Positions 20,655-39,668 are shown, numbered from the stretch's first letter. The stretch is DNA of 64,000 nt from the human T2T-CHM13v2.0 reference genome, Homo sapiens (GCA_009914755.4 CP086569.2:31040001-31104000); one strand, 5' to 3'. Made by a program: numbers and translations. The notes: generated by a model from the sequence alone, not told the origin.

Positions 20655-22773
20655 ATTTTGTAAATGAAAAAAAATTTCAAAGGTACTCTGCTTGGTACAA
20701 TAATCAAATGTATAAACTGAGGAATAAAACATAACCATGAGACCTACTTATAACTGCATATGGAAAATACAGAGGATAATTTTTTAAAAAACATATTTTG
20801 AAAGCCTTAACTAGTAATTTGAAGAGTTGGCATTTGAAAGGCCAGTATGAATATACCTTCAAAGCAGCAACACAGGTTCCCCATGAGAAAAAGCAAACTC
20901 AGGGAAAATAAAACCACAAAGGTTCAATCTCTTCTGACCTTTGAAAGACACAGCACAGACAGTGGTCCTTAGGACGAAGAGCAGGAGACCCGTAATTCCG
21001 TCACCATGGCGATAGGGCATAAACATTGCTGGGTGAGGGCACAATCCACATTGAGAGGTCCAACTGCTGCCAGGAAGACAGGAGTGCTTTTACATAGACC
21101 GAAAGGTCATTGTAGGCTCAGAGTTTTGTTTCAAGAACTGAATCCCAAGCCCACACGTTATTAGGCTGCGCTTCTTAAAACAAGTTATGAGATGGGAAAA
21201 AGGGCACCCACAAACATACGTATACATTATGTATATAATAATATACAGTATCATATATATAATATATATAACCTATGTATAATATTGTTTTACATCCTGC
21301 ATCTTATATTATATATATTGTATAAAATATAAAATTCATAATACATAACGTTTATATTTATACAATATGACATATAGTATGTATTATAATTTATGACATA
21401 TATAATATATGTTATATATCATATATAGAATATATTATACGGTTAATATACGTATTAAATATAAATTATACATTCTATATATTATATATAATATATCTGT
21501 TATATATAATACCCATTATGCATAATATATATATTATGTCTATGTTATATATAGTATAAAACAACGTATAATAATATATAATTGTATATAAAAAATGCGA
21601 CATATAATATATATTATATTTTATAACATATGTAATATATATTATATATTATATATAATACGTTGTATGTATAATACCTATATTAAATATATATTATAGG
21701 ACTATGTTATTAATTACATATCACATGTGTTATATATTATATATTTTACATAGAATATACCGGTTACATACAATATATACTATGTTACCTATAATGTATA
21801 ATTTATTACATGTAAAATAAAGAATTCAACATATTATGTATAATTTATAATATACAATATGTGGAATGTGATATATATAACATATAATATATGATATATG
21901 ATATACAGTATATGATATATAACATACAATATATGATTCCTAATATATATGGTATACAATATATATTTTATGATATGTATTCTATATGTTTTATATTCTG
22001 TTATATATAACTATTTGAAATTATATATAACTGTATAATATTTTATGTAAATATGTAATATAATATATATAACTATATAATATATTATATATAACTATAT
22101 ATTATGTTATATATACTTTTATAACATAATTTACATAAAATATCATAATATAATATATATTATATTATTTCATATTACATAATATATATTACATATCACC
22201 CAATATAACTAACATACATAATATTATAATATAGATTATATTATGTTATATGAAATATCATATATATCATGTATCATATATTCTATAATATATATTACAC
22301 ATTATATAATATGCATGTTGTCTATTATGTGATATATATAACTCTATATATAATTATATTATTATACATATAACTAGATAAACATGTAATTCTACATATT
22401 TTCATTTATAATATGTAGAATTATATAATCATATATAATTATTTATATTCTATAAAAAATTTTATCATTATATAAATTATAATATATAAAAATTATAATA
22501 TGTACTACAAATATATATATTATATATCATATATGATATAGTACCTTTGTTATATATCATAATACATATAAATGTGTATTATGTTATCTATAATTATATA
22601 ATTTCATATATAAGATGTATAATATGTATCATATATTATATATGTTATGTAATACATATAGTATATATAAGATGACACAGGATAAATATTATATACTATG
22701 ACATATAAAATATATGAGGTTATATGTTACATATAAGGCATAGCACATAACATGTAATATATACCATATATAA

Positions 22774-23073
22774 TTTTTTTTTAGACAGAATCTTGTCCTG
22801 TTGCACAGGGTGGGGTACAATGGCGCCATCTTTGCTCACTGCAACTTCTGCCTCACGGGTCCAAGCGATTGTCCTCCCTCAGCCTCCCAGGTAGCTGGGA
22901 CCACACCACACTGGGACTACACCAGCTGCCACCATGCCTAGCTAATTTTTTGGATTTTTAGTAGTGACAGCGTTTCACTGTATTGGCCAGGATGGTCTTG
23001 ATCTCTTCACCTTGTGATCCCCTTGCCTTGGCCTCCAAATTTGCTGGGATTACAGGCCTGAGCCAAGATCCAT
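22774..23073 (-). mobile_element. Alu copy 10 (B, early variant).
   Basis: Periodic copy. Confidence 0.95.
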
Positions 23074-25163
23074 ATTTTTTAAATGAAAAAAAATTTCAAA
23101 GGTACTCTGCTTGGTACAATAATCAAATGTATAAACTGAGGAATAAAACATAACCATGAAACCTACTTATAACTGCATATGGAAAATACAGAGGATAATT
23201 TTTTAAATAACATATTTTGAAAGCCTTAACTAGTAATTTGAAGAGTTGGCATTTGAAAGGCCAGTATGAATATACCTTCAAAGCAGCAACACAGGTTCCC
23301 CATGAGAAAAAGCAAACACAGGGAAAATAAAAACACAAAGGTTCAATCTCTTCTGACCTTTGAAAGACACAGCAAAGACAGTGGTCCTTAGGACGAAGAG
23401 CAGGAGACCCCTAATTCCGTCACCATGGCGATAGGGCATAAACATTGCTGGGTGAGGGCACAATCCACATTGTGAGGTCCAACTGCTGCCAGGAAGACAG
23501 GAGTGCTTTTACATAGACCGAAAGGTCATTGAAGGCTCAGAGTTTTGTTTCAAGAACTGAATCCCAAGCCCACACGTTATTAGGCTGCGCTTCTTTAAAC
23601 AAGTTATGAGATGGGAAAAAGGGCACCCACAAACATACGTATACATTATGTATATAATAATTTACAGTATCATGTATATAATATATATAACCTATGTATA
23701 ATATTGTTTTACATCCTGCATCTTATGTTATATATATTGTATAAAATATAATAATTGATAATATATAAGTTTTATATTTATACAATATGACATATAGTAT
23801 ATATTATAATTTATGACATATATAATATATGTTATATATCATATATAGAATATATTATACGGTTAATATACGTATTAAATATAAATTATACATTATATAT
23901 ATTATATATAATATATCTGATATATATAATACCCATTATGCATAATATATATATTATGTCTATGTTATATATAGTATAAAACAACATATAATAATATATA
24001 ACTGTATATATAAAATGCGACATATAATATATATTATAATTTATAACATATGTAATATATATTATATATAATACGTTGTATGTATAATACCTATATTAAA
24101 TATATATTATATGACTATGTTATTAATTACATGTCACATGTGTTATATATTATATATTTTACATAGAATATACCGGTTACATACAATATATACTATGTTA
24201 CCTAAAATGTATAATTTATTACATGTAAAATAAAGAATGCAATATATTATGTATAATTTATAATATACCATATGTGGCATGTGATATATATAACATATAA
24301 TATATGATATATGATATACAGTATATGATATATAACATACAATATATGATTCCTAATATATATGGTATACAATATATATTTTATGATATGTATTCTATAT
24401 GTTTTATATTCTGTTATATATAACTATTTGAAATTATATATAACTCTATAATATTTTATGTAAATATGTAATATAATATATATAACTATATAATATATTA
24501 TATATAACTATATATTATGTTATATATACTTTTATAACATAATTTACATAAAATATCATAATATAATATATGTTATATTATTCCATATTACATAATATAT
24601 ATTACATATCACCCAATATAACTAACATACATAATATTATAATATAGATTATATTATGTTATATTAAATATCATATATATCATGTATCATATATTCTATA
24701 ATATATATTACACATTATATAATATGTATGTTGTCTATTATGTGATATATATAACTATATATATAATTATATTTTTATACATATAACTAGATAAACATGT
24801 AATTCTACATATTTTCATTTATAATATGTAGAATTATATAATCATATATAATTATTTATATTCTATAAAAAATTTTATCATTATATAAATTATAATATAT
24901 AAAAATTATAATATGCACTACAAATATATATATTATATATCATATATGCTATAGTACCTTTGTTATATATCATAATACATATAAATGTGTATTATGTTAT
25001 CTATAATTATATAATTTCATATATAAGTTGTATAATATGTATCATATATTATATATGTTATGTAATATATATAGTATATATAAGATGACACAGGATAAAT
25101 ATTATATACTATGACATATAAAATATATGAGGTTATATGTTACATATAAGGCATAGCACATAA

Positions 25164-25486
<323 letters not shown>

Positions 25487-27599
25487 ATTTTTTAAATGAA
25501 AAAAAATTTCAAAGGTACTCTGCTTGGTACAATAATCAAATGTATAAACTGAGGAATAAAACATAACCATGAAACCTACTTATAACTGCATATGGAAAAT
25601 ACAGAGGATAATTTTTTAAATAACATATTTTGAAAGCCTTAACTAGTAATTTGAAGAGCTGGAATTTGAAAGGCCAGTATGAATATACCTTCAAAGCAGC
25701 AACACAGGTTCCCCATGAGAAAAAGCAAACACAGGGCAAATAAAAACACAAAGGTTCAATCTCTTCTGACCTTTGAAAGACACAGCACAGACAGTGGTCC
25801 TTAGGACGAAGAGCAGGAGACCCCTAATTCCGTCACCATGGCGATAGGGCATAAACATTGCTGGGTGAGGGCACAATCCACATTGTGAGGTCCAACTGCT
25901 GCCAGGAAGACAGGAGTGCTTTTACATAGACCGAAAGGTCATTGAAGGCTCAGAGTTTTGTTTCAAGAACTGAATCCCAAGCCCACACGTTATTAGGCTG
26001 CGCTTCTTTAAACAAGTTATGAGATGGGAAAAAGGGCACCCACAAACATACGTATACATTATGTATATAATAATATACAGTATCATGTATATAATATATA
26101 TAACCTATGTATAATATTGTTTTACATCCTGCATCTTATGTTATATATATTGTATAAAATATAATAATTGATAATATATAAGTTTTATATTTATACAATA
26201 TGACATATAGTATATATTATAATTTATGACATATATAATATATGTTATATATCATATATAGAATATATTATACGGTTAATATACGTATTAAATATAAATT
26301 ATACATTATATATATTATATATAATATATCTGTTATATATAATACCCATTATGCATAATATATATATTATGTCTATGTTATATATAGTATAAAACAACAT
26401 ATAATAATATATAACTGTATATATAAAATGCGACATATAATATATATTATATTTTATAACATATGTAATATATATTATATATAATACGTTGTATGTATAA
26501 TACCTATATTAAATATATATTATATGACTATGTTATTAATTACATGTCACATGTGTTATATATTATATATTTTACATAGAATATACCGGTTACATACAAT
26601 ATATACTATGTTACCTATAATGTATAATTTATTACATGTAAAATAAAGAATGCAATATATTATGTATAATTTATAATATACAATATGTGGAATGTGATAT
26701 ATATAACATATAATATATGATATATGATATCCAGTATATGATATATAACATACAATATATGATTCCTAATATATATGGTATACAATATATATTTTATGAT
26801 ATGTATTCTATATGTTTTATATTCTGTTATATATAACTATTTGAAATTATATATAACTCTATAATATTTTATGTAAATATGTAATATAATATATATAACT
26901 ATATAATATATTATATATAACTATATATTATGTTATATATACTTTTATAACATAATTTACATAACATATCATAATATAATATATATTATATTATTTCATA
27001 TTACATAATATATATTACATATCACCCAATATAACTAACATACATAATATTATAATATAGATTATATTGTGTTATATTAAATATCATATATATCATGTAT
27101 CATATATTCTATAATATATATTACACATTATATAATATGTATGTTGTCTATTATGTGATATATATAACTATATATATAATTATATTTTTATACATATAAC
27201 TAGATAAACATGTAATTCTACATATTTTCATTTATAATATGTAGAATTATATAATCATATATAATTATTTATATTCTATAAAAAATTTTATCATTCTATA
27301 AATTATAATATATAAAAATTATAATATGTACTTCAAATATATATATTATATATCATATATGCTATAGTTCCTTTGTTATATATCATAATACATATAAATG
27401 TGTATTATGTTATCTATAATTATATAATTTCATATATAAGTTGAATAATATGTATCATATATTATATATGTTATGTAATATATATAGTATATATAAGATG
27501 ACACAGGATAAATATTATATACTATGACATATAAAATATATGAGGTTATATGTTACATATAAGGCATAGCACATAACATGTAATATATATCATATAGAA

Positions 27600-27899
27600 T
27601 TTTTTTTTAGACAGAATCTTGTCCTGTTGCACAGGGTGGGGTCCAATGGCGCCATCTTTGCTCACTGCAACTTCTGCCTCACGGGTCCAAGCGATTGTCC
27701 TCCCTCAGCCTCCCAGGTAGCTGGGACTACACCACACTGGGACTACACCAGCTGCCACCATGCCTAGCTAATTTTTTGGATTTTTAGTAGTGACAGCGTT
27801 TCACTGTATTGGCCAGGATGGTCTTGATCTCTTCACCTTGTGATCCCCTTGCCTTGGCCTCCAAATTTGCTGGGATTACAGGCCTGAGCCAAGATCCAT
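27600..27899 (-). mobile_element. Alu copy 12 (B, variant X).
   Basis: Periodic copy. Confidence 0.95.
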
Positions 27900-30012
27900 A
27901 TTTTTTAAATGAAAAACAATTTCAAAGGTACTCTGCTTGGTACAATAATCAAATGTATAAACTGAGGAATAAAACATAACCATGAAACCTACTTATAACT
28001 GCATATGGAAAATACAGAGGATAATTTTTTAAATAACATATTTTGAAAGCCTTAACTAGTAATTTGAAGAGTTGGCATTTGAAAGGCCAGTATGAATATA
28101 CCTTGAAAGCAGCAACACAGGTTCCCCGTGAGAAAAAGCAAACACAGGGAAAATAAAAACACAAAGGTTCAATCTCTTCTGACCTTTGAAAGACACAGCA
28201 CAGACAGTGGTCCTTAGGACGAAGAGCAGGAGACCCCTAATTCCGTCACCATGGCGATAGGGCATAAACATTGCTGGGTGAGGGCACAATCCACATTGTG
28301 AGGTCCAACTGCTGCCAGGAAGACAGGAGTGCTTTTACATAGACCGAAAGGTCATTGAAGGCTCAGAGTTTTGTTTCAGGAACTGAATCCCAAGCCCACA
28401 CGTTATTAGGCTGCGCTTCTTAAAACAAGTTATGAGATGGGAAAAAGGGCACCCACAAACATACGTATACATTATGTATATAATAATATACAGTATCATA
28501 TATATAATATATATAACCTATGTATAATATTGTTTTACATCCTGCATCTTATGTTATATATATTGTATAAAATATAATAATTGATAATATATAAGTTTTA
28601 TATTTATACAATATGACATATAGTATATATTATAATTTATGACATATATAATATATGTTATATGTCATATATAGAATATATTATACGGTTAATATACGTA
28701 TTAAATATAAATTATACATTATATATATTATATATAATATATCTGTTATATATAATACCCATTATGCATAATATATATATTATGTCTATGTTATATATAG
28801 TATAAAACAACATATAATAATATATAATTGTATATATAAAATGCGACATATAATATATATTATATTTTATAACATATGTAATATATATTATATATAATAC
28901 GTTGTATGTATAATACCTATATTAAATATATATTATATGACTATGTTATTAATTACATGTCACATGTGTTATATATTATATATTTTACATAGAATATACC
29001 GGTTACATACAATATATACTATGTTACCTATAATGTATAATTTATTACATGTAAAATAAAGAATGCAATATATTATGTAAAATTTATAATATACCATATG
29101 TGGAATGTGATATATATAACATATAATATATGATATATGATATACAGTATATGATATATAACATACAATATATGATTCCTAATATATATGGTATACAATA
29201 TATATTTTATGATATGTATTCTATATGTTTTATATTCTGTTATATATAACTATTTGAAATTATATATAACTGTATAATATTTTATGTAAATATGAAATAT
29301 AATATATATAACTATATAATATATTATATATAACTATATATTATGTTATATATACTTTTATAACATAATTTACATAAAATATCATAATATAATATATATT
29401 ATATTATTTCATATTACATAATATATATTACATATCACCCAATATAACTAACATACATAATATTATAATATAGATTATATTGTGTTATATTAAATATCAT
29501 ATATATCATGTATCATATATTCTATAATATATATTACACATTATATATTATGTATGTTGTCTATTATGTGATATATATAACTATATATATAATTATATTT
29601 TTATACATATAACTAGATAAACATGTAATTCTACATATTTTCATTTATAATATGTAGAATTATATAATCATATATAATTATTTATATTCTATAAAAAATT
29701 TTATCATTCTATAAATTATAATATATAAAAATTATAATATGTACTACAAATATATATATTATATATCATATATGCTCTAGTACCTTTGTTATATATCATA
29801 ATACATATAAATGTGTATTATGTTATCTATAATTATATAATTTCATATATAAGTTGTATAATATGTATCATATATTATATATGTTATGTAATATATATAG
29901 TATATATAAGATGACACAGGATAAATATTATATACTATGACATATAAAATATATGAGGTTATATGTTACATATAAGGCATAGCACATAACATGTAATATA
30001 TATCATATATAA

Positions 30013-30312
30013 TTTTTTTTTAGACAGAATCTTGTCCTGTTGCACAGGGTGGGGTACAATGGCGCCATCTTTGCTCACTGCAACTTCTGCCTCACGGGTC
30101 CAAGCGATTGTCCTCACTCAGCCTCCCAGGTAGCTGGGACTACACCACACTGGGACTACACCAGCTGCCACCATGCCTAGCTAATTTTTTGGATTTTTAG
30201 TAATGACAGCGTTTCACTGTATTGGCCAGGATGGTCTTGATCTCTTCACCTTGTGATCCCCTTGCCTTGGCCTCCAAATTTGCTGGGATTACAGGCCTGA
30301 GCCAAGATCCAT
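30013..30312 (-). mobile_element. Alu copy 13 (B, variant Y with 'cctcactcagcc' and 'agtaatgacagc').
   Basis: Periodic copy. Confidence 0.95.
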
Positions 30313-32432
30313 ATTTTTTAAATGAAAAAAAATTTCAAAGGTACTCTGCTTGGTACAATAATCAAATGTATAAACTGAGGAATAAAACATAACCATGAAA
30401 CCTACTTATAACTGCATATGGAAAATACAGAGGATAATTTTTTAAATAACATATTTTGAAAGCCTTAACTAGTAATTTGAAGAGTTGGCATTTGAAAGGC
30501 CAGTATGAATATACCTTCAAAGCAGCAACACAGGTTCCCCATGAGAAAAAGCAAACACAGGGAAAATAAAAACACAAAGGTTCAATCTCTTCTGACCTTT
30601 GAAAGACACAGCACAGACAGTGGTCCTTAGGACGAAGAGCAGGAGACCCCTAATTCCGTCACCATGGCGATAGGGCATAAACATTGCTGGGTGAGGGCAC
30701 AATCCACATTGTGAGGTCCAACTGCTGCCAGGAAGACAGGAGTGCTTTTACATAGACCGAAAGGTCATTGAAGGCTCAGAGTTTTGTTTCAAGAACTGAA
30801 TCCCAAGCCCACACGTTATTAGGCTGCGCTTCTTAAAACAAGTTATGAGATGGGAAAAAGGGCACCCACAAACATACGTATACATTATGTATATAATAAT
30901 ATACAGTGTCATATATATAATATATATAACCTATGTATAATATTGTTTTACATCCTGCATCTTATGTTATATATATTGTATAAAATATAATAATTGATAA
31001 TATATAAGTTTTATATTTATACAATATGACATATAGTATATATTATAATTTATGACATATATAATATATGTTATATGTCATATATAGAATATATTATACG
31101 GTTAATATACGTATTAAATATAAATTATACATTATATATATTATATATAATATATCTGTTATATATAATACCCATTATGCATAATATATATATTATGTCT
31201 ATGTTATATATAGTATAAAACAACATATAATAATATATAATTGTATATATTAAATGCGACATATAATATATATTATATTTTATAACATATGTAATATATA
31301 TTATATATTATATATAATACGTTGTATGTATAATACCTATATTAAATATATATTATATGACTATGTTATTAATTACATGTCGCATGTGTTATATATTATA
31401 TATTTTACATAGAATATACCGGTTACATACAATATATACTATGTTACCTATAATGTATAATTTATTACATGTAAAATAAAGAATGCAATATATTATGTAT
31501 AATTTATAATATACAATATGTGGAATGTGATATATATAACATATAATATATGATATATGATATACAGTATATGATATATAACATACAATATATGATTCCT
31601 AATATATATGGTATACAATATATATTTTATGATATGTATTCTATATGTTTTATATTCTGTTATATATAACTATTTGAAATTATATATAACTGTATAATAT
31701 TTTATGTAAATATGTAATATAATATATATAACTATATAATATATTATATATAACTATATATTATGTTATATATACTTTTATAACATAATTTACATAACAT
31801 ATCATAATATAATATATATTATATTATTTCATATTACATAATATATATTACATATCACCCAATATAACTAACATACATAATATTATAATATAGATTATAT
31901 TGTGTTATATTAAATATCATATATATCATGTATCATATATTCTATAATATATATTACACATTATATAATATGTATGTTGTCTATTATGTGATATATATAA
32001 CTCTATATATAATTATATTTTTATACATATAACTAGATAAACATGTAATTCTACATATTTTCATTTATAATATGTAGAATTATATAATCATATATAATTA
32101 TTTATATTCTATAAAAAATTTTATCATTCTATCAATTATAATATATAAAAATTATAATATGTACTACAAATATATATATTATATATCATATATGATATAG
32201 TACCTTTGTTATATATCATAATACATATAAATGTGTATTATGTTATCTATAATTATATAATTTCATATATAAGATGTATAATATGTATCATATATTATAT
32301 ATGTTATGTAATATATATAGTATATATAAGATGACACAGGATAAATATTATATACTATGACACATAAAATATATGAGGTTATATGTTACATATAAGGCAT
32401 AGCACATAACATGTAATATATATCATATATAA

Positions 32433-32732
32433 TTTTTTTTTAGACAGAATCTTGTCCTGTTGCACAGGGTGGGGTACAATGGCGCCATCTTTGCTCACTG
32501 CAACTTCTGCCTCACGGGACCAAGCGATTGTCCTCCCTCAGCCTCCCAGGTAGCTGGGACTACACCACACTGGGACTACACCAGCTGCCACCATGCCTAG
32601 CTAATTTTTTGGATTTTTAGTAGTGACAGCGTTTCACTGTATTGGCCAGGATGGTCTTGATCTCTTCACCTTGTGATCCCCTTGCCTTGGCCTCCAAATT
32701 TGCTGGGATTACAGGCCTGAGCCAAGATCCAT
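32433..32732 (-). mobile_element. Alu copy 14 (B, variant Z with 'cacgggaccaagc').
   Basis: Periodic copy. Confidence 0.95.
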
Positions 32733-34828
32733 ATTTTTTAAATGAAAAAAAATTTCAAAGGTACTCTGCTTGGTACAATAATCAAATGTATAAACTGAGG
32801 AATAAAACATAACCATGAAACCTACTTATAACTGCATATGGAAAATACAGAGGATAATTTTTTAAATAACATATTTTGAAAGCCTTAACTAGTAATTTGA
32901 AGAGTTGGCATTTGAAAGGCCAGTATGAATATACCTTCAAAGCAGCAACACAGGTTCCCCATGAGAAAAAGCAAACACAGGGAAAATAAAAACACAAAGG
33001 TTCAATCTCTTCTGACCTTTGAAAGACACAGCACAGACAGTGGTCCTTAGGACGAAGAGCAGGAGACCCCTAATTCCGTCACCATGGCGATAGGGCATAA
33101 ACATTGCTGGGTGAGGGCACAATCCACATTGTGAGGTCCAACTGCTGCCAGGAAGACAGGAGTGCTTTTACATAGACCGAAAGGTCATTGAAGGCTCAGA
33201 GTTTTGTTTCAAGAACTGAATCCCAAGCCCACACGTTATTAGGCTGCGCTTCTTAAAACAAGTTATGAGATGGGAAAAAGGGCACCCACAAACATACGTA
33301 TACATTATGTATATAATAATATACAGTGTCATATATATAATATATATAACCTATGTATAATATTGTTTTACATCCTGCATCTTATGTTATATATATTGTA
33401 TAAAATATAATAATTGATAATATATAAGTTTTATAATTATACAATATGACATATAGTATATATTATAATTTATGACATATATAATATATGTTATATATCA
33501 TATATAGAATATATTATAGGGTTAATATACGTATTAAATATAAATTATACATTATATATATTATATATAATATATCTGTTATATATAATACCCATTATGC
33601 ATAATATATATATTATGTCTATGTTATATATAGTATAAAACAACATATAATAATATATAATTGTATATATAAAATGCGACATATAATATATATTATATTT
33701 TATAACATATGTAATATATATTATATATTATATATAATACGTTGTATGTATAATACCTATATTAATTATATATTATATGACTATGTTATTAATTACATGT
33801 CACATGTGTTATATATTATATATTTACATAGAATATACCGGTTACATACAATATATACTATGTTACCTATAATGTATAATTTATTACATGTAAAATAAAG
33901 AATGCAATATATTATGTATAATTTATAATATACCATATGTGGAATGTGATATATATAACATATAATATATGATATATGATATACAGTATATGATATATAA
34001 CATACAATATATGATTCCTAATATATATGGTATACAATATATATTTTATGATATGTATTCTATATGTTTTATATTCTGTTATATATAACTATTTGAAATT
34101 ATATATAACTGTATAATATTTTATGTAAATATGAAATACAATATATATAACTATATAATATATTATATATAACTATATATTATGTTATATATACTTTTAT
34201 AACATAATTTACATAAAATATCATAATATAATATATATTATATTATTTCATATTACATAATATATATTACATATCACCCAATATAACTAACATACATAAT
34301 ATTATAATATAGATTATATTGTGTTATATTAAATATCATATATATCATGTATCATATATTCTATAATATATATTACACATTATATATTATGTATGTTGTC
34401 TATTATGTGATATATATAACTATATATATAATTATATTTTTATACATATAACTAGATAAACATGTAATTCTACATATTTTCATTTATAATATGTAGAATT
34501 ATATAATCATATATAATTATTTATATTCTATAAAAAATTTTATCATTCTATAAATTATAATATATAAAAATTATAATATGTACTACAAATATATATATTA
34601 TATATCATATATGCTCTAGTACCTTTGTTATATATCATAATACATATAAATGTGTATTATGTTATCTATAATTATATAAATTCATATATAAGTTGTATAA
34701 TATGTATCATATATTATATATGTTATGTAATATACATAGTATATATAAGATGACACAGGATAAATATTATATACTATGACATATAAAATATATGAGGTTA
34801 TATGTTACATATAAGGCATAGCACATAA

Positions 34829-35151
<323 letters not shown>

Positions 35152-37271
35152 ATTTTTTAAATGAAAAACAATTTCAAAGGTACTCTGCTTGGTACAATAA
35201 TCAAATGTATAAACTGAGGAATAAAACATAACCATGAAACCTACTTATAACTGCATATGGAAAATACAGAGGATAATTTTTTAAATAACATATTTTGAAA
35301 GCCTTAACTAGTAATTTGAAGAGTTGGCATTTGAAAGGCCAGTATGAATATACCTTCAAAGCAGCAACACAGGTTCCCCATGAGAAAAAGCAAACACAGG
35401 GAAAATAAAAACACAAAGGTTCAATCTCTTCTGACCTTTGAAAGACACAGCACAGACAGTGGTCCTTAGGACGAAGAGCAGGAGACCCCTAATTCCGTCA
35501 CCATGGCGATAGGGCATAAACATTGCTGGGTGAGGGCACAATCCACATTGTGAGGTCCAACTGCTGCCAGGAAGACAGGAGTGCTTTTACATAGACCGAA
35601 AGGTCATTGAAGGCTCAGAGTTTTGTTTCAAGAACTGAATCCCAAGCCCACACGTTATTAGGCTGCGCTTCTTAAAACAAGTTATGAGATGGGAAAAAGG
35701 GCACCCACAAACATACGTATACATTATGCATATAATAATATACAGTGTCATATATATAATTTATATAACCTATGTATAATATTGTTTTACATCCTGCATC
35801 TTATGTTATATATATTGTATAAAATATAATAATTGATAATATATAAGTTTTATATTTATACAATATGACATATAGTATATATTATAATTTATGACATATA
35901 TAATATATGTTATATGTCATATATAGAATATATTATACGGTTAATATACGTATTAAATATAAATTATACATTATATATATTATATATAATATATCTGTTA
36001 TATATAATACCCATTATGCATAATATATATATTATGTCTATGTTATATATAGTATAAAACAACATATAATAATATATAATTGTATATATTAAATGCGACA
36101 TATAATATATATTATATTTTATAACATATGTAATATATATTATATATTATATATAATACGTTGTATGTATAATACCTATATTAAATATATATTATATGAC
36201 TATGTTATTAATTACATGTCACATGTGTTATATATTATATATTTTACATAGAATATACCGGTTACATACAATATATACTATGTTACGTATAATGTATAAT
36301 TTATTACATGTAAAATAAAGAATGCAATATATTATGTATAATTTATAATATACAATATGTGGAATGTGATATATATAACATATAATATATGATATATGAT
36401 ATACAGTATATGATATATAACATACAATATATGATTCCTAATATATATGGTATACAATATATATTTTATGATATGTATTCTATATGTTTTATATTCTGTT
36501 ATATATAACTATTTGAAATTATATATAACTGTATAATATTTTATGTAAATATGTAATATAATATATATAACTATATAATATATTATATATAACTATATAT
36601 TATGTTATATATACTTTTATAACATAATTTACATAAAATATCATAATATAATATATATTATATTATTTCATATTACATAATATATATTACATATCACCCA
36701 ATATAACTAACATACATAATATTATAATATAGATTATATTGTGTTATATTAAATATCATATATATCATGTATCATATATTCTATAATATATATTACACAT
36801 TATATAATATGTATGTTGTCTATTATGTGATATATATAACTCTATATATAATTATATTTTTATACATATAACTAGATAAACATGTAATTCTACATATTTT
36901 CATTTATAATATGTAGAATTATATAATCATATATAATTATTTATATTCTATAAAAAATTTTATCATTCTATCAATTATAATATATAAAAATTATAATATG
37001 TACTACAAATATATATATTATATATCATATATGATATAGTACCTTTGTTATATATCATAATACATATAAATGTGTATTATGTTATCTATAATTATATAAT
37101 TTCATATATAAGATGTATAATATGTATCATATATTATATATGTTATGTAATATATATAGTATATATAAGATGACACAGGATAAATATTATATACTATGAC
37201 ACATAAAATATATGAGGTTATATGTTACATATAAGGCATAGCACATAACATGTAATATATATCATATATAA

Positions 37272-37571
37272 TTTTTTTTTAGACAGAATCTTGTCCTGTT
37301 GCACAGGGTGGGGTACAATGGCGCCATCTTTGCTCACTGCAACTTCTGCCTCACGGGACCAAGCGATTGTCCTCCCTCAGCCTCCCAGGTAGCTGGGACT
37401 ACACCACACTGGGACTACACCAGCTGCCACCATGCCTAGCTAATTTTTTGGATTTTTAGTAGTGACAGCGTTTCACTGTATTGGCCAGGATGGTCTTGAT
37501 CTCTTCACCTTGTGATCCCCTTGCCTTGGCCTCCAAATTTGCTGGGATTACAGGCCTGAGCCAAGATCCAT
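37272..37571 (-). mobile_element. Alu copy 16 (B, Z).
   Basis: Periodic copy. Confidence 0.95.
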
Positions 37572-39668
37572 ATTTTTTAAATGAAAAACAATTTCAAAGG
37601 TACTCTGCTTGGTACAATAATCAAATGTATAAACTGAGGAATAAAACATAACCATGAAACCTACTTATAACTGCATATGGAAAATACAGAGGATAATTTT
37701 TTAAATAACATATTTTGAAAGCCTTAACTAGTAATTTGAAGAGTTGGCATTTGAAAGGCCAGTATGAATATACCTTCAAAGCAGCAACACAGGTTCCCCA
37801 TGAGAAAAAGCAAACACAGGGAAAATAAAAACACAAAGGTTCAATCTCTTCTGACCTTTGAAAGACACAGCACAGACAGTGGTCCTTAGGACGAAGAGCA
37901 GGAGACCCCTAATTCCGTCACCATGGCGATAGGGCATAAACATTGCTGGGTGAGGGCACAATCCACATTGTGAGGTCCAACTGCTGCCAGGAAGACAGGA
38001 GTGCTTTTACATAGACCGAAAGGTCATTGAAGGCTCAGAGTTTTGTTTCAAGAACTGAATCCCAAGCCCACACGTTATTAGGCTGCGCTTCTTAAAACAA
38101 GTTATGAGATGGGAAAAAGGGCACCCAAAAACATACGTATACATTATGTATATAATAATATACAGTGTCATATATATAATATATATAACCTATGTATAAT
38201 ATTGTTTTACATCCTGCATCTTATGTTATATATATTGTATAAAATATAATAATTGATAATATATAAGTTTTATAATTATACAATATGACATATAGTATAT
38301 ATTATAATTTATGACATATATAATATATGTTATATATCATATATAGAATATATTATAGGGTTAATATACGTATTAAATATAAATTATACATTATATATAT
38401 TATATATAATATATCTGTTATATATAATACCCATTATGCATAATATATATATTATGTCTATGTTATATATAGTATAAAACAACATATAATAATATATAAT
38501 TGTATATATAAAATGCGACATATAATATATATTATATTTTATAACATATGTAATATATATTATATATTATATATAATACGTTGTATGTATAATACCTATA
38601 TTAAATATATATTATATGACTATGTTATTAATTACATGTCACATGTGTTATATATTATATATTTTACATAGAATATACCGGTTACATACAATATATACTA
38701 TGTTACCTATAATGTATAATTTATTACATGTAAAATAAAGAATGCAATATATTATGTATAATTTATAATATACAATATGTGGAATGTGATATATATAACA
38801 TATAATATATGATATATGATATACAGTATATGATATATAACATACAATATATGATTCCTAATATATATGGTATACAATATATATTTTATGATATGTATTC
38901 TATATGTTTTATATTCTGTTATATATAACTATTTGAAATTATATATAACTGTATAATATTTTATGTAAATATGAAATACAATATATATAACTATATAATA
39001 TATTATATATAACTATATATTATGTTATATATACTTTTATAACATAATTTACATAAAATATCATAATATAATATATATTATATTATTTCATATTACATAA
39101 TATATATTACATATCACCCAATATAACTAACATACATAATATTATAATATAGATTATATTGTGTTATATTAAATATCATATATATCATGTATCATATATT
39201 CTATAATATATATTACACATTATATATTATGTATGTTGTCTATTATGTGATATATATAACTATATATATAATTATATTTTTATACATATAACTAGATAAA
39301 CATGTAATTCTACATATTTTCATTTATAATATGTAGAATTATATAATCATATATAATTATTTATATTCTATAAAAAATTTTATCATTCTATAAATTATAA
39401 TATATAAAAATTATAATATGTACTACAAATATATATATTATATATCATATATGCTCTAGTACCTTTGTTATATATCATAATACATATAAATGTGTATTAT
39501 GTTATCTATAATTATATAATTTCATATATAAGTTGTATAATATGTATCATATATTATATATGTTATGTAATATATATAGTATATATAAGATGACACAGGA
39601 TAAATATTATATACTATGACATATAAAATATATGAGGTTATATGTTACATATAAGGCATAGCACATAA

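Larger units (their letters stand above)
26600..33900. repeat. Three-unit (~7.3 kb) segment X-Y-Z. It is copy 1 of an intra-array segmental duplication.
   Basis: A set of rare variants recurs 16,932 bp downstream (see findings). Confidence 0.7.
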